The notes: generated by a model not told the origin, from the letters alone. 64,000 nt of DNA from Candidatus Omnitrophota bacterium (GCA_015233405.1 JADFXT010000001.1:233386-297385); one strand, 5' to 3'; counted from the stretch's first letter, positions 1 to 11,186 are shown. Translations and numbers: made by a program.

Positions 1-1
1 C

Positions 2-385
<384 letters not shown>

Positions 386-748
386 ATGAAATTTCTGACA
401 GCCTTAAAATTCATAGGGTTCATGACCATTTTGGCGTTGATCTATACACGTATGCAGGTGCAGATCATTGACCTGGCTTATCAAGGCAAAGACAAGGAAA
501 AACAATTAAAGAAACTAATTGATCAAAACGGTTATGTCACTTATAACATTTTGACATTAAAATCCGCAAATCATTTGGGTGTAAAGATGTTATCGGAAAA
601 TTCGAACATGCGTTTTGCGGATGCGCATGATGTTACCCAGGAATCGGTTTATAATGTAAAAAATGCCTCACAGCAAGCGGCCCTCACGAGAAAAACGAAT
701 GCGTTTCTTAATATGATGTCGTTAAATACGCGAACAAGAGGTCGTTAA
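386..748 (+). CDS. ftsL: Small bitopic division protein, FtsL-like
   Basis: 120 aa, one N-terminal TM helix then coiled-coil-like stretch; ATG abuts rsmH stop; canonical slot between rsmH and ftsI. Call by position and architecture only. Confidence 0.55.
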   Translation: MKFLTALKFIGFMTILALIYTRMQVQIIDLAYQGKDKEKQLKKLIDQNGYVTYNILTLKSANHLGVKMLSENSNMRFADAHDVTQESVYNVKNASQQAALTRKTNAFLNMMSLNTRTRGR

Positions 749-794
749 CCAAAAAATTTCAACAGTAACCTTTTTCTAACATCCTGATAACAAC

Positions 795-2522
795 GTGCAG
801 ATAAGAAAGCAAGTCCTACGGTTTAGTTTTTTCTTTTTCACCCTAATTCTCTGTCTTCTTTTTTTTTCGGTGAAGTTAGTCCTTATTCAGGTCTTCCGCT
901 CGTCCTTCTTAGGTAGGCTTGCCGACCAGCAGCACAATCATTCCATAGAAATCGAACCGATTCGCGGTACCATTTACGACCGGAACAACCGGCCGCTCGC
1001 GTTTAATGTTTCGGTCTATTCTTTATTTGCTAATCCGCGGATGATGACCGTAGAGGAAAAAAGTTTAGCCAGTGAGCGTTTGTCAGGGTTACTTAAAATA
1101 AATCCTTCTCTTATTAATGGGTTGTTGGACAAGGACAAATATTTTGTCTGGATCAAAAGGAAGCTGCCGTTAGATGTCGCGGATGCGATCAAGCAGGAAA
1201 AAATTCGCGGGATCGGCTTTCAACAGGAAAGCAAACGGTATTATCCTAATGCGTCCTTAGCGGCGCATATTATCGGTTTTGCAAATATTGATAACACAGG
1301 TCTCGAGGGGCTGGAGCTTTCTTATAACAAGCATTTAAAAGGAACGCCCGGGCGCATGAGCGTTTTAAGGGACGCAAAGATGCGCGAATTGATGATCGAG
1401 AACGGTTATATTCCGCCTCAGCACGGCCAGCAGATCGTCTTGACCATTGATGAGACCATTCAATATATCGCCGAGAATGCTCTGGAAAAAGCCTGGAAGA
1501 AACATCATGCCAAGGGCGCGATGATCATCGTTCTCGATGTGAAGACCGGCGAGATATTGGCTTTGGCGAATCGACCGACGTATAATTTAGAGAATGCCAG
1601 CTCAAGCAGCCCCGAAAGCCGGACCAATAGAGCTCTTAACTATGTGTATGAGCCCGGGTCTGTTTTTAAGATTGTGACCGCGTCTGCCGCACTGGAAACA
1701 GGGATTTTTAAAGAAACGGATAAGATTTTTTGTGAGAATGGCAAGTACCACGTCGCTGGGCACATTCTCCATGACCATGTTGGCCACGGACTTTTGACCT
1801 TTCAAGAAGTTTTTGAGGAGTCCAGCAATATTGGCGTTTCCAAGATTGCCCAGAAATTAGGGGCGGATACCGTTTATAAATACGCCAATCTTTTTCGATT
1901 TGGGAAAAAAACAGGTATTGATTTGATGGGAGAAGTCTCTGGAAATTTAAAACCGACAAACCGTTGGTCCAAGACGTCGATCTTTGCTATTCCTATGGGC
2001 CAGGAAGTCACGGTCACCCCATTACAGCTCGTCTGTGCTCTGTCCGCTATCGCTAACGGCGGAACGTACATGAAACCGTTCATCGTCAAATATGTTAAAG
2101 ACAGTAATGACCAGATCTTAAAAACCTTTGAGCCTCAAGTCGTCGACCATGTGATCACGCCGGAGACCGCGAAGCGTGTGACAGAAATTCTGGTGGGCGT
2201 CGTGGAACGGGGAACCGCGACCAAAGCCCAGATCAAAGGGATGCGCGTCGCTGGGAAAACGGGAACCGCGCAAAAGGTCATCAACGGGAAATATTCGCAC
2301 ATGAGTTTTTATGCCACATTTATGGGATTTGCTCCGGCGGATAATCCGCGGCTGGCCGCGATTGTCGTCGTCGATGAACCACATCCGAGCTATTTTGGCG
2401 GAACGGTCTCCGCTCCGGTGTTTAAGGAAGTCATTGAAAATTCATTACGATATCTTGAGAATACCCAGGGGCGACAGTCAACCGAGGAAGCCCCTCAGAA
2501 AACCATTCATGATTTTATGTAA
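795..2522 (+). CDS. ftsI: Peptidoglycan D,D-transpeptidase FtsI (class B PBP)
   Basis: N-terminal TM anchor; SxxK (GSVFK), SxN (SSN) and KTG(T) (KTGTA) penicillin-binding motifs; GTG start; dcw position. Confidence 0.9.
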   Translation: MQIRKQVLRFSFFFFTLILCLLFFSVKLVLIQVFRSSFLGRLADQQHNHSIEIEPIRGTIYDRNNRPLAFNVSVYSLFANPRMMTVEEKSLASERLSGLLKINPSLINGLLDKDKYFVWIKRKLPLDVADAIKQEKIRGIGFQQESKRYYPNASLAAHIIGFANIDNTGLEGLELSYNKHLKGTPGRMSVLRDAKMRELMIENGYIPPQHGQQIVLTIDETIQYIAENALEKAWKKHHAKGAMIIVLDVKTGEILALANRPTYNLENASSSSPESRTNRALNYVYEPGSVFKIVTASAALETGIFKETDKIFCENGKYHVAGHILHDHVGHGLLTFQEVFEESSNIGVSKIAQKLGADTVYKYANLFRFGKKTGIDLMGEVSGNLKPTNRWSKTSIFAIPMGQEVTVTPLQLVCALSAIANGGTYMKPFIVKYVKDSNDQILKTFEPQVVDHVITPETAKRVTEILVGVVERGTATKAQIKGMRVAGKTGTAQKVINGKYSHMSFYATFMGFAPADNPRLAAIVVVDEPHPSYFGGTVSAPVFKEVIENSLRYLENTQGRQSTEEAPQKTIHDFM

Positions 2523-2556
2523 AAAGATGGCTGCTATGCAAGCGAAGCCTAGTTAT

Positions 2557-2708
2557 GTCATTCCCGCCCCCTTTCTGTCATTCCCGCGAAGGCGGGAATC
2601 CAGATATTGGGGTAAGCTCCAGAAGGAATCCAGTAATTTTTTTTAAGATTTTGGTTTCTCAGTATAACTTACTTGGTATCCTGGATCCCCGCCTTCGCGG
2701 GGATGACA
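2557..2708. repeat. MITE/REP-like palindromic element, copy 1 (two inverted hairpin arms)
   Basis: Left arm GTCATTCCCGCGAAGGCGGGAATCCAG at 2577-2603 with partial arm 20 nt upstream; right arm CTGGATCCCCGCCTTCGCGGGGATGACA at 2681-2708; ftsI-murE intergenic. Confidence 0.85.
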
Positions 2709-2747
2709 ATTTTTTGGCAGAAATGATATCCACAAAGTGTATAGAAG

Positions 2748-4226
2748 ATGAAATTAGAGCAACTATTACAAGGAATTTATAAAGGCCACCTAGACGCTTG
2801 TTTTGAGGGGCGGGAGATCTCGTCGATCTCCTGTGACTCTCGGGGGGTGACTGCGGGAACTTTGTTTGTCGCTGTCGATGGGACCCAGCTTAAAGGATCG
2901 GATTTTATCGATTCCGCCATTGAAAAAGGCGCTGGCGTTATTATCTTTGGGTCCGAAGTTCCTAAAAAGAATTTTAAGACGGACGTGTGTTATTTGCGGG
3001 TTGATGATCCAAAAGAATTCTTAAAAAAGATCACCTTGAAATTTTATAGTAATCCGTCTTTGGATGTTCGCGTGATTGGCATTACCGGCACCAATGGAAA
3101 GACCACGACCACGTATTTGATCGAATCGATCTTAAAGACCGTCGGAAAAGCCTCCGGCGTTGTCGGGACCATTAATTACCGCGTGGCCGGCCAAGTCGTC
3201 CCGTCGAAGAATACCACTCCCGGATTTATTGATAATCAGAAAATTTTGGCACAGCTGCGGGAAGAGCATATTCCCTATTGTGTCATGGAAGTCTCGTCGC
3301 ACGGATTAGACCAAGGGCGCGTTGATGCCATAGATTTTAAACAGGCGATTTTTACGAACCTGACCAACGACCACTTGGATTATCACGGGACCATGGAAAA
3401 ATATTTTGAGGCCAAGGCCAAGCTTTTTACTTCCCTGTCTTCGAAGGCGGTAGCGATCATCAACAAAGACGACCCGTTCGCGGATCAATTTATGAAGGCA
3501 TCGTCGGCGAAGGTTTTGACGTATTCCGTGGACACGGAGGCAGATATTTGCGCGAAGAATATTCATTTAGACGTCTCCCGGATGACTTTTGAGTTAAATA
3601 CGCCTAAAGGTAAGATAGTTATTTCGAGCCCTTTCGTCGGGAAACATAATATTTATAACATTTTGGCTGCGGCCAGCTCTGCGTTTGCTGAAGGAATAAG
3701 CCTGGAAGATATTAAAAAAGGCGTGGAAGCGCTTCATTGTGTGCCGGGACGGTTAGAGCCGGTTGTTTGCGGGCAATCTTTTCCGGTCTTGATCGATTAC
3801 GCGCATACGCCCGACGCGCTTGAGAATGTTTTAAAGACGCTACGGCAGTTTAAAAATTTAAAGGTCATTCTCATCTTTGGTTGCGGCGGAGACCGCGACA
3901 AGACCAAGCGCCCGATGATGGGAAAAGTGGCGAGCCGGCTCGCGGATTTTTCTATTATCACGACGGACAATCCCCGCAGCGAAGATCCGGAAGATATTAT
4001 CAAACAAATTGTCGCCGGGGTTGAAGGAAAAAATTATCAGGTGATCGTTGATAGGACCCAGGCGATTTCTGAGGCCTTACGGATAGCTAAACGCGGAGAT
4101 GTGGTCTTGATCGCCGGCAAAGGCCATGAGACGTATCAAATCTTTAAAGATAAAACGATTGATTTTGACGAGAGAAAAGTGATCAAGGATTTTCTTCATC
4201 CGACGAAAAAAGGGGCAACATGCTGA
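2748..4226 (+). CDS. murE: UDP-MurNAc-L-Ala-D-Glu:meso-diaminopimelate ligase MurE
   Basis: Mur ligase P-loop GITGTNGKTTT; DNPR motif (TTDNPRSEDP) typical of DAP-adding MurE; dcw order. Confidence 0.9.
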   Translation: MKLEQLLQGIYKGHLDACFEGREISSISCDSRGVTAGTLFVAVDGTQLKGSDFIDSAIEKGAGVIIFGSEVPKKNFKTDVCYLRVDDPKEFLKKITLKFYSNPSLDVRVIGITGTNGKTTTTYLIESILKTVGKASGVVGTINYRVAGQVVPSKNTTPGFIDNQKILAQLREEHIPYCVMEVSSHGLDQGRVDAIDFKQAIFTNLTNDHLDYHGTMEKYFEAKAKLFTSLSSKAVAIINKDDPFADQFMKASSAKVLTYSVDTEADICAKNIHLDVSRMTFELNTPKGKIVISSPFVGKHNIYNILAAASSAFAEGISLEDIKKGVEALHCVPGRLEPVVCGQSFPVLIDYAHTPDALENVLKTLRQFKNLKVILIFGCGGDRDKTKRPMMGKVASRLADFSIITTDNPRSEDPEDIIKQIVAGVEGKNYQVIVDRTQAISEALRIAKRGDVVLIAGKGHETYQIFKDKTIDFDERKVIKDFLHPTKKGATC

Positions 4227-5593
4227 GATTAAGCGAGATCAAGATCGCCACAAACGGCGTCTTTTTAAATGGCGAACCCAAACAAGTTCGCATTAAAGGT
4301 GTTTCGATTGACTCGCGTTCTGTCAAAAAAGGGGAATTATTTATTGCCATCAAAGGGGAAAAGCTCGACGGGCATGACTATCTAAGAGAGGTCATTCAAA
4401 AAGGCGTTTGTGCCGTTGTTATTTCCCGAAAAGTTGATTTTCCGGACAATGTTCCAGCCATTTTGGTGAAAGATACGACAAAGGCTTTAGGCCAGATCGC
4501 GTCTTTTTACCGCGACCAATTTACGATCCCCGTTATTGCCGTGACCGGAAGCTCCGGCAAAACGACCGCCAAAGAAATGATCGCAAAGGTTTTGTCGGCA
4601 AGATTTAAGGTCCTTAAAAATTATAAATCTTTTAACAATCAATTCGGCGTCCCGCTCACAATTTTGAAATTAAAAAAATCGCATGAGGCGGTTATTTTAG
4701 AGACCGGGACGAATCGTCCCGGCGACATTGAATGGCTGGCGAGTATCGCAAGACCGACGGTGGCGGTCTTCACCAATATCGGAGCATCCCATCTGCAGAG
4801 ACTCAAAAGCAAACAGGGTGTATTTGAGGAGAAAATAAACCTCATTCGGCATATGAAAAAAGACGGGACGATCATTATTAACGATGATGACGCCTATTTA
4901 AGGAAGATCGGGCAGAAAAAATGTTCGCAAAAAATCATCAGCTATAGCATCCGTCAAAAATCTCTGTATCAGGCTAAAAATATTGAGCGTCGCGGGTTAA
5001 AGATCTTATTTGATGTCGGCCAAACTTCTTTTTGCCTTAACTCGCCGGCGCAACACAATATTTACAACGCATTATCTGCAATTTGTTGTGGTCGTCTCTT
5101 TAAACTTAGTTATAATAATATTAGTAATAAATTAAAAAGTTTTAAATTAACGGTTGGCCGGCAGAAAATTTTAAAGATCGGCCGCACAAGGATCATTGAC
5201 GACACGTATAACGCCAATCCTGTCTCGGTCAAGAGTGCCGTCGAGACCGTAAGCGCTTTGTCCGCCAAAGGGAAAAAAATCCTGGTCCTGGCGGATATGC
5301 TGGAACTGGGTACAGCTTCGAAGGCGCTTCATCAGGAAATTGGCGAGCAGATCGCGCAGTCCGCTATTGATGTTGTTATCACGACGGGCCGGTTTGCCAG
5401 GTATATTAACGTCGGCTTAAAAACAAAGAACCCTCGAATCTCGCATTTTTATTGTTCTGATATTGAAGACGTTCACGGATCATTAAAGGACCTGTGCTCA
5501 AAGGACGGCGACCTCATTTTAGTCAAAGGCTCCCGGGGGATGAAGATGGAGCGGACCGTCGAGTTTCTAACCAAGTTATTTCAAACCACATAA
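4220..5593 (+). CDS. murF: UDP-MurNAc-tripeptide:D-Ala-D-Ala ligase MurF
   Basis: Mur ligase P-loop AVTGSSGKTT; overlaps murE stop by 7 nt; dcw order. Confidence 0.9.
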   Translation: MLRLSEIKIATNGVFLNGEPKQVRIKGVSIDSRSVKKGELFIAIKGEKLDGHDYLREVIQKGVCAVVISRKVDFPDNVPAILVKDTTKALGQIASFYRDQFTIPVIAVTGSSGKTTAKEMIAKVLSARFKVLKNYKSFNNQFGVPLTILKLKKSHEAVILETGTNRPGDIEWLASIARPTVAVFTNIGASHLQRLKSKQGVFEEKINLIRHMKKDGTIIINDDDAYLRKIGQKKCSQKIISYSIRQKSLYQAKNIERRGLKILFDVGQTSFCLNSPAQHNIYNALSAICCGRLFKLSYNNISNKLKSFKLTVGRQKILKIGRTRIIDDTYNANPVSVKSAVETVSALSAKGKKILVLADMLELGTASKALHQEIGEQIAQSAIDVVITTGRFARYINVGLKTKNPRISHFYCSDIEDVHGSLKDLCSKDGDLILVKGSRGMKMERTVEFLTKLFQTT

Positions 5594-5608
5594 GGAAATC
5601 ATAAAAGC

Positions 5609-6697
5609 ATGTTTTATTATCTTTCACAATTTAAGGACATTTTTTTTGGATTCAACATTCTTCATTACATCACCTTTCGCGCCGGTATGGCGGGGTTAAC
5701 GACTTTTTTGTTATGCCTTCTTTTAGGGCCATTATTTATCCGCAAGCTTAAAGAACACAAAGTCAAAGAAGTCGCCAAGCGCGGAGATTGCCCTGATCTG
5801 GATAAATTTATGGAATCCAAAGAAGGGACTCCGACGATGGGCGGCGTTTTTATCATCAGCAGCATTCTTTTGTCTGTCCTGTTATGGGCGGACATGTTAA
5901 ATCCGTATGTTCTTTTATCGTGTCTGACCTGTGTGTGGTTGGCGGTCTTAGGGTTTATCGATGATTATTCCAAATTAACACACAAGGGAAAAGGCCGTGG
6001 ACTTTCGAAAAGGACAAAACTGTTGTGGGAAATTCTCTTAGGCTGTCTGATCGGGACTTATGTTTATTTTCATCCTCAAACATCGACGAGAATCGATCTG
6101 CCTTTTTTAAAGAACGTGATCATTAATTTAGGGATTTTTTACATTCCATTTGTTGCGTTCGTTGTGATCGGGACCTCAAATGCGGTTAATCTGACCGACG
6201 GGTTAGATGGTTTGGCCATCGGGTGTGTACTCATGGTCAGTATGGCCCTCGCCGTTCTAAGCTATGTCACCGGGCATGTTAAGATCAGCGAATATCTTTT
6301 TATCCCTTTTATTCCCGGCGCAGGAGAATTAACGGTTTTTTGCGCGGCCATGGTCGGAGCAAGTTTAGGGTTCTTATGGTTTAATTGCCATCCGGCCTCG
6401 GTCTTTATGGGCGATGTCGGCTCGCTTCCGTTGGGTGGGACGCTGGGAATTATTGCCGTCATTATCAAAAAAGAAGTTCTGCTATTCATTTTAGGCGGGG
6501 TGTTCGTCTTTGAATGTGTTTCGGTCATTATCCAGGTGATCTCTTTTAAGACGAGGGGAAAGAGGGTCTTTAAAATGTCGCCTTTTCATCACCATTTGCA
6601 ATTGTCCGGATGGAAAGAATCTAAGATCATTGTTCGTTTCTGGATCATTGCTGCTGTCCTTGCCGTGATAACACTCATGACGCTAAAGATCCGGTAA
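5609..6697 (+). CDS. mraY: Phospho-MurNAc-pentapeptide translocase MraY
   Basis: Polytopic membrane protein with MraY motifs (NAVNLTDGLDGLA, FMGDVGSL, HHHLQ). Confidence 0.95.
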   Translation: MFYYLSQFKDIFFGFNILHYITFRAGMAGLTTFLLCLLLGPLFIRKLKEHKVKEVAKRGDCPDLDKFMESKEGTPTMGGVFIISSILLSVLLWADMLNPYVLLSCLTCVWLAVLGFIDDYSKLTHKGKGRGLSKRTKLLWEILLGCLIGTYVYFHPQTSTRIDLPFLKNVIINLGIFYIPFVAFVVIGTSNAVNLTDGLDGLAIGCVLMVSMALAVLSYVTGHVKISEYLFIPFIPGAGELTVFCAAMVGASLGFLWFNCHPASVFMGDVGSLPLGGTLGIIAVIIKKEVLLFILGGVFVFECVSVIIQVISFKTRGKRVFKMSPFHHHLQLSGWKESKIIVRFWIIAAVLAVITLMTLKIR

Positions 6698-7984
6698 TTG
6701 TCCATGATCAATATTAACAATAAAAAAGTTACGGTCATTGGTGGGCAGAAAAGCGGGATCGCGCTGCTTAAACTTATCGATCAGCTCGGCGGAAAACCGC
6801 GATTGTCCGAGAAGGGTGTTAGTCCTTATTTGACACCAGAGTTGCGCGCGTGGATTTCTAAAGAACAGATTGCCGTCGAAGAAAATGGGCATACACAGAA
6901 GTTTGTTGAGGACAGCGACTTTGTTGTCTTAAGCCCGGGTGTGCGGTTTGATTCGGATGTTGTAACGTGGGCGAAAAATAAAAATATTTGCGTCTTAGGT
7001 GAGATTGAGTTTGCGTATCAATTTTGCTCAAAGCCGGTCATTGCGGTCACGGGCAGTAATGGTAAGACCACGGTCTCGACCTTGATCCATAAAGTTTTGG
7101 AGCGCTCGGGTTTTTCTTCTTGCCTTTGCGGGAACGTCGGGTCGCCTTTTTCTGAGCATGTCTTAGAAAGCGATACGCTTGATTATTTTGTCCTTGAGAT
7201 CAGTTCTTTTCAGCTCGAATCACTTTTTCCCGTCGGAAGTCCGTATGAGCGTGTTGGGCTTAAAGGTTTTAAACCATTTGTTTCCGTTTTTATCAATTTT
7301 AACCAGAACCATCTCGACCGGCATAAAGACCTCGACGAATATTTTGAGGCCAAGACCAAGATCTTTCAGAATCAGGACAAGAATGATTTTGCCGTATTAA
7401 ATTTTAAAGATGAGCGAGTTAAGGCGCTGGCGCCTCGCCTCCCTTCGAAGGTTGTTTTCTTCGACGGGGAAGCTCCTAATCCGAATCATGCGGTTGTCAG
7501 AAAAGTCGCGGAATCGTTTCATATTCCCGATGGCGTGTGCGAGGACGTTTTTAAGAATTTTAAAGGTGTGGAGCACCGCATGGAATTGGTCAGGACGCTT
7601 AATGGCGTGGATTATATCAACGATTCCAAGGCGACCACGGCGCAATCTGGCCGCTGGGCTCTTAATCTCCTCGACAAACCAGTGATCATGATCTGCGGAG
7701 GGTCGAGCAAGAATATCGATTACACGCCTTTAAGAGATTTGGTGCGACGGAAGGTCAAGAAAATGATCGCCATTGGCGTTATCAAGGAACAATTGATGGA
7801 AACGTTTAAAGATGTGATCGCGGTTGAAGCCGCTCAAACGTTTCAAGAGGCTGTCGAGCGAGCGAAAGAAGAAGCCGTAAGCGGCGATTGTGTTCTTCTA
7901 AGCCCGATGACGGCGAGTTTTGATATGTTTAAAAATTTTGAAGAACGGGGACGTGTTTTTAAGGAGATCGTCTTAAGCCTATGA
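6698..7984 (+). CDS. murD: UDP-MurNAc-L-Ala:D-Glu ligase MurD
   Basis: P-loop AVTGSNGKTT; dcw order; TTG at 6698 or ATG at 6704 are both possible starts. Confidence 0.9.
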   Translation: MSMININNKKVTVIGGQKSGIALLKLIDQLGGKPRLSEKGVSPYLTPELRAWISKEQIAVEENGHTQKFVEDSDFVVLSPGVRFDSDVVTWAKNKNICVLGEIEFAYQFCSKPVIAVTGSNGKTTVSTLIHKVLERSGFSSCLCGNVGSPFSEHVLESDTLDYFVLEISSFQLESLFPVGSPYERVGLKGFKPFVSVFINFNQNHLDRHKDLDEYFEAKTKIFQNQDKNDFAVLNFKDERVKALAPRLPSKVVFFDGEAPNPNHAVVRKVAESFHIPDGVCEDVFKNFKGVEHRMELVRTLNGVDYINDSKATTAQSGRWALNLLDKPVIMICGGSSKNIDYTPLRDLVRRKVKKMIAIGVIKEQLMETFKDVIAVEAAQTFQEAVERAKEEAVSGDCVLLSPMTASFDMFKNFEERGRVFKEIVLSL

Positions 7985-9087
7985 AAAATCTAAGGACTTC
8001 ATTAGCCATTATTGTTTTATGCCTCATCAGCTTCGGCATCGTGATGATCTATAGCGCCAGCGGCGTTTATGCGCTTAAGGAATTAAAAGACAGCCAATAT
8101 TTTTTAAATCGTCATTTGATGTTCTTATTGATCGGGCTGGTGTTTACCGTTCTGATCATGTCCATCGATTACCGTGATTTAAGACGATATGCCAAGCCGC
8201 TTTTGGCGGTCGCGATCGTCATGTTGGTGCTTGTTCTTATCCCCGGTATTGGTAAGTCAAGTTCCGGCGCCCGGCGCTGGTTTAAGTTAGGATTTTTTAG
8301 TTTCCAGCCGTCGGAGTTCGCCAAGTTGGCTGTTCTTATTTATATGGCGGACTTTTTGGCGCGCAAACAAGGCCAGATCGAAGATTTTTGGAAAGGATTC
8401 TTGCCGCCACTTTTGGTCTTGGGCACAACTTGCCTATTGATCGTCAAACAACCGGATTTAGGGAATTCCGTTTTAACGGCAAGCGTTATTTTGGTCATGC
8501 TGTTTATCGCAGGGACCAGAAGGTCGTATTTGATGGCGATTGTCCTGATGGCGATCCCTGTTCTATATTTCCTGATTGCAAAAGTGGCGTATCGTATGAA
8601 AAGAATTGTTGCGTTCTTAGACCCTTGGAAAGACAGTCAGGGCGTGGGATTTCAGTTGTCTCAGTCACAGATCGCCTTGGGCTCCGGCGGGATTCTGGGC
8701 GTGGGATTGGGCCACAGCACCCAGAAATTATTTTATCTTCCGGCGGCGCATACGGATTTTATCCTTTCTATCATCGGGGAGGAGTTGGGGCTGGTCGGCA
8801 CGCTGGCCGTCGTTTTTCTTTTTATCGCTTTTATTTGGCAGGGCGCGAGGATCGCTAAACGCACGGTTGATCCGTTCGGATATTTTTTAGCTGTTGGGAT
8901 CATCGCCATGCTGGGGCTTCAATCGGTTGTGAATATTGGTGTTAGTATCGGCGCTCTTCCGACTAAGGGTTTGCCGCTACCGTTCATTAGTTATGGCGGG
9001 TCTGCGTTGATTTTTAATATGATGGCCGTCGGGCTTTTATTAAATATTTCGAGGATTGAAGACCTTTCTAAAGAAAAAAGCGAATAG
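7981..9087 (+). CDS. ftsW: SEDS-family peptidoglycan glycosyltransferase FtsW
   Basis: About 10 TM helices, SEDS motifs (QPSEFAK, HTDFI, PLPFISYGGS); position between murD and murG. Confidence 0.9.
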   Translation: MKNLRTSLAIIVLCLISFGIVMIYSASGVYALKELKDSQYFLNRHLMFLLIGLVFTVLIMSIDYRDLRRYAKPLLAVAIVMLVLVLIPGIGKSSSGARRWFKLGFFSFQPSEFAKLAVLIYMADFLARKQGQIEDFWKGFLPPLLVLGTTCLLIVKQPDLGNSVLTASVILVMLFIAGTRRSYLMAIVLMAIPVLYFLIAKVAYRMKRIVAFLDPWKDSQGVGFQLSQSQIALGSGGILGVGLGHSTQKLFYLPAAHTDFILSIIGEELGLVGTLAVVFLFIAFIWQGARIAKRTVDPFGYFLAVGIIAMLGLQSVVNIGVSIGALPTKGLPLPFISYGGSALIFNMMAVGLLLNISRIEDLSKEKSE

Positions 9088-9134
9088 CTGATATTGAAAT
9101 TCGTTTGTATTGTTTGGAAAACCCGTTAACAATT

Positions 9135-9258
9135 GTCATTCCCAACTTCCTCGTTTTTTTATTTAGAAATGATTGGGAATCCAGGTTCCTAAAGAGACTT
9201 ATTGGATTCTCAATCGAGCTTATCTTATTTCTGGATTCCCGCCTTCGCGGGAATGACA
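9135..9258. repeat. MITE/REP-like palindromic element, copy 2
   Basis: Long-loop arm GTCATTCCCAA..TTGGGAATCCAG 9135-9184; arm CTGGATTCCCGCCTTCGCGGGAATGACA 9231-9258; ftsW-murG intergenic. Confidence 0.85.
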
Positions 9259-9321
9259 AAGAAGTGGAACAGGAATGATAAATTTGTAATTGGGGAGCAA
9301 TGCCGTTTTAGAAAGTATTTT

Positions 9322-10398
9322 ATGAAAATTGTTATTGCCACAGGAGGGACGGGCGGGCATTTATTTCCGGCCTTAAAGGTTGCTGAAGAATTACGAGACC
9401 GCGGCCATGAGGTTATTTTTATCGGCTCTTTTAACGTCGGGCTTGAGAAGATCGCTCAGCGAAAGTTCCCTTATTACAATATTCCTTCCCAAGGTTTTCA
9501 AAAAAAACGTCTCCAGGCCATCTTAAGTTCCGCCGGGTCCATTATCCAAGCGACCAGGACATCGTTAAAAATTTTGAAAGACTTAAAGCCGGATAGAGTT
9601 TTGGGATTCGGCGGGTATTCTTCTTTTTCAGTTGTGATCGCTGCATGGGTTTTAAAAGTCCCGGTGATGATTCATGAACAGAATGCAATTCCTGGTCGAG
9701 CCAATAAAATCCTTTCCAGGCTTGCTAAGAAAGTCGCGATCAGTTTTGAGGATGCGCGGCCTTTTTTTCCGTCAGGCAAAACAGTTTTGACAGGTTGTCC
9801 CAGTCATTTGTCGGCAGGGGGAATAGATAAAGATAAGGCCTATGAATTTTTCGGCTTTAAGAAAGAGAATTCGACCTTGTTTGTTTTCGGCGGAAGCCAG
9901 GGGAGCCGTCGGATTAACGAGGATTTCTTCCAGGCGCTAATTTCTTTAAAACAAGAATTGAGCATACAGGTTATTCATGTCACTGGAACAAAAGATTACG
10001 ATTCTATCAAAGAACAATATCAGAACATCAAAATTCCTTCAGCGGTTTTTCCTTTCTTAGACCGGATGGATTATGCGTATACGATCGCGGATTTGGTCAT
10101 TTCGAGGTCTGGTGCTGCGACCGTCACAGAGATTTGTCTTTTTGAATGCCCGTCGATATTGGTCCCGTTTCCTTATGCCATTGGCGACCATCAGAAATAT
10201 AATGCCCAGGTCCTCACCCGGCGAAATTTAGCCGTGATGATCGAGGAAAAAGATTTATCATCGCTAAAGCTTAAGGAAAAAATTTGTGATATGATTAAAA
10301 ATAAATCAGCTCAGCAAAAAATAAAACAACATTTTCAGGAAATTGCGTTTCCGGACGCGGCGAAACGTTTAGCTGAAGAAGTCTTGAATTTGAAATGA
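9322..10398 (+). CDS. murG: Lipid II synthase MurG (UDP-GlcNAc transferase)
   Basis: MKIVIATGGTGGHLFPAL N-terminus typical of MurG. The ORF-track start 9202 adds 40 codons that read through repeat copy 2, so ATG 9322 is preferred. Confidence 0.9.
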   Translation: MKIVIATGGTGGHLFPALKVAEELRDRGHEVIFIGSFNVGLEKIAQRKFPYYNIPSQGFQKKRLQAILSSAGSIIQATRTSLKILKDLKPDRVLGFGGYSSFSVVIAAWVLKVPVMIHEQNAIPGRANKILSRLAKKVAISFEDARPFFPSGKTVLTGCPSHLSAGGIDKDKAYEFFGFKKENSTLFVFGGSQGSRRINEDFFQALISLKQELSIQVIHVTGTKDYDSIKEQYQNIKIPSAVFPFLDRMDYAYTIADLVISRSGAATVTEICLFECPSILVPFPYAIGDHQKYNAQVLTRRNLAVMIEEKDLSSLKLKEKICDMIKNKSAQQKIKQHFQEIAFPDAAKRLAEEVLNLK

Positions 10399-11186
10399 AA
10401 AAAATATTGTTCCTCATCATTGTGAGTCTAGCCGTTTGGCCAAAGCCGTTGGCCTTCGCCGCTGAACCGTCTAAATGGAAAGAAGACAAGCAGGAACATT
10501 TTATTATTTATTACAAAAATGCGCCGGAGGATTTTATCCGGGAAGTCGAGAAGGCCTCGGAAGAATATTATCAGGAAATTTGTGAGAATTTAGGATTTCA
10601 CCGCTATAAAGGATGGACCTGGGACGAACGCGCGAAGATTTACATTTACGATGATGATGAGGATTATAAAAAAGAGTCCAGCAATATCCCCTGGGCGCAT
10701 GGTGTAGCATTTGCTGAGCAAAAAATCATCCGGACTTTCCCGTCGGCGTCCGGGTTCTTTGATTCGGTCTTGCCGCATGAGATGGGACATATTATCTTGC
10801 GGGAATTTATCGGTCACGAAGCCAAGGTCCCTTTGTGGTTTGAAGAAGGGGTCGCGATGTATCAGGAAAAGGCCAAACGCTGGGGCGCGCACAAGATTGT
10901 TCAGAAGGCCATCGCCGATAAATCATTTGTTCCGTTAAAAGATCTGACGAGCTTTGCGTTAAATCATAATGCATCTAATGAGGCCTTTATCAATCTCTTT
11001 TATGCGGAAGCGGCTAGCGTCGTGAATTATTTGATCAATGAGCTCGGATATCAGCGGTTTGTCCGTTTTTGCCGGGAATTGAAAGAAGGGCAACCGTTTG
11101 ACTGGGCGTTAAAATCTGTTTATCTTCGTTTCGACGACATCAACGGCTTAAATAAGGCGTGGATGAGCTATTTGGAGACCCAATGA
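10395..11186 (+). CDS. Secreted MA-clan zinc metallopeptidase-like protein
   Basis: Signal peptide; HEMGH (HExxH) and downstream WFEEGVAMYQE. Unusual insertion between murG and murC; ATGA overlaps at both ends imply co-translation with the cluster. Confidence 0.6.
   Translation: MKKILFLIIVSLAVWPKPLAFAAEPSKWKEDKQEHFIIYYKNAPEDFIREVEKASEEYYQEICENLGFHRYKGWTWDERAKIYIYDDDEDYKKESSNIPWAHGVAFAEQKIIRTFPSASGFFDSVLPHEMGHIILREFIGHEAKVPLWFEEGVAMYQEKAKRWGAHKIVQKAIADKSFVPLKDLTSFALNHNASNEAFINLFYAEAASVVNYLINELGYQRFVRFCRELKEGQPFDWALKSVYLRFDDINGLNKAWMSYLETQ

Noticed and set aside
8388-8858. 156-aa + strand alternate-frame ORF inside ftsW
   Set aside because: It overlaps the SEDS membrane protein frame completely. 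Its Arg/Gly-rich composition is typical of an off-frame reading.
9202-9321. 40-codon N-terminal extension of murG in the ORF track
   Set aside because: The extension is encoded by repeat copy 2. The canonical MurG N-terminus MKIVIATGGTGGH starts at 9322.
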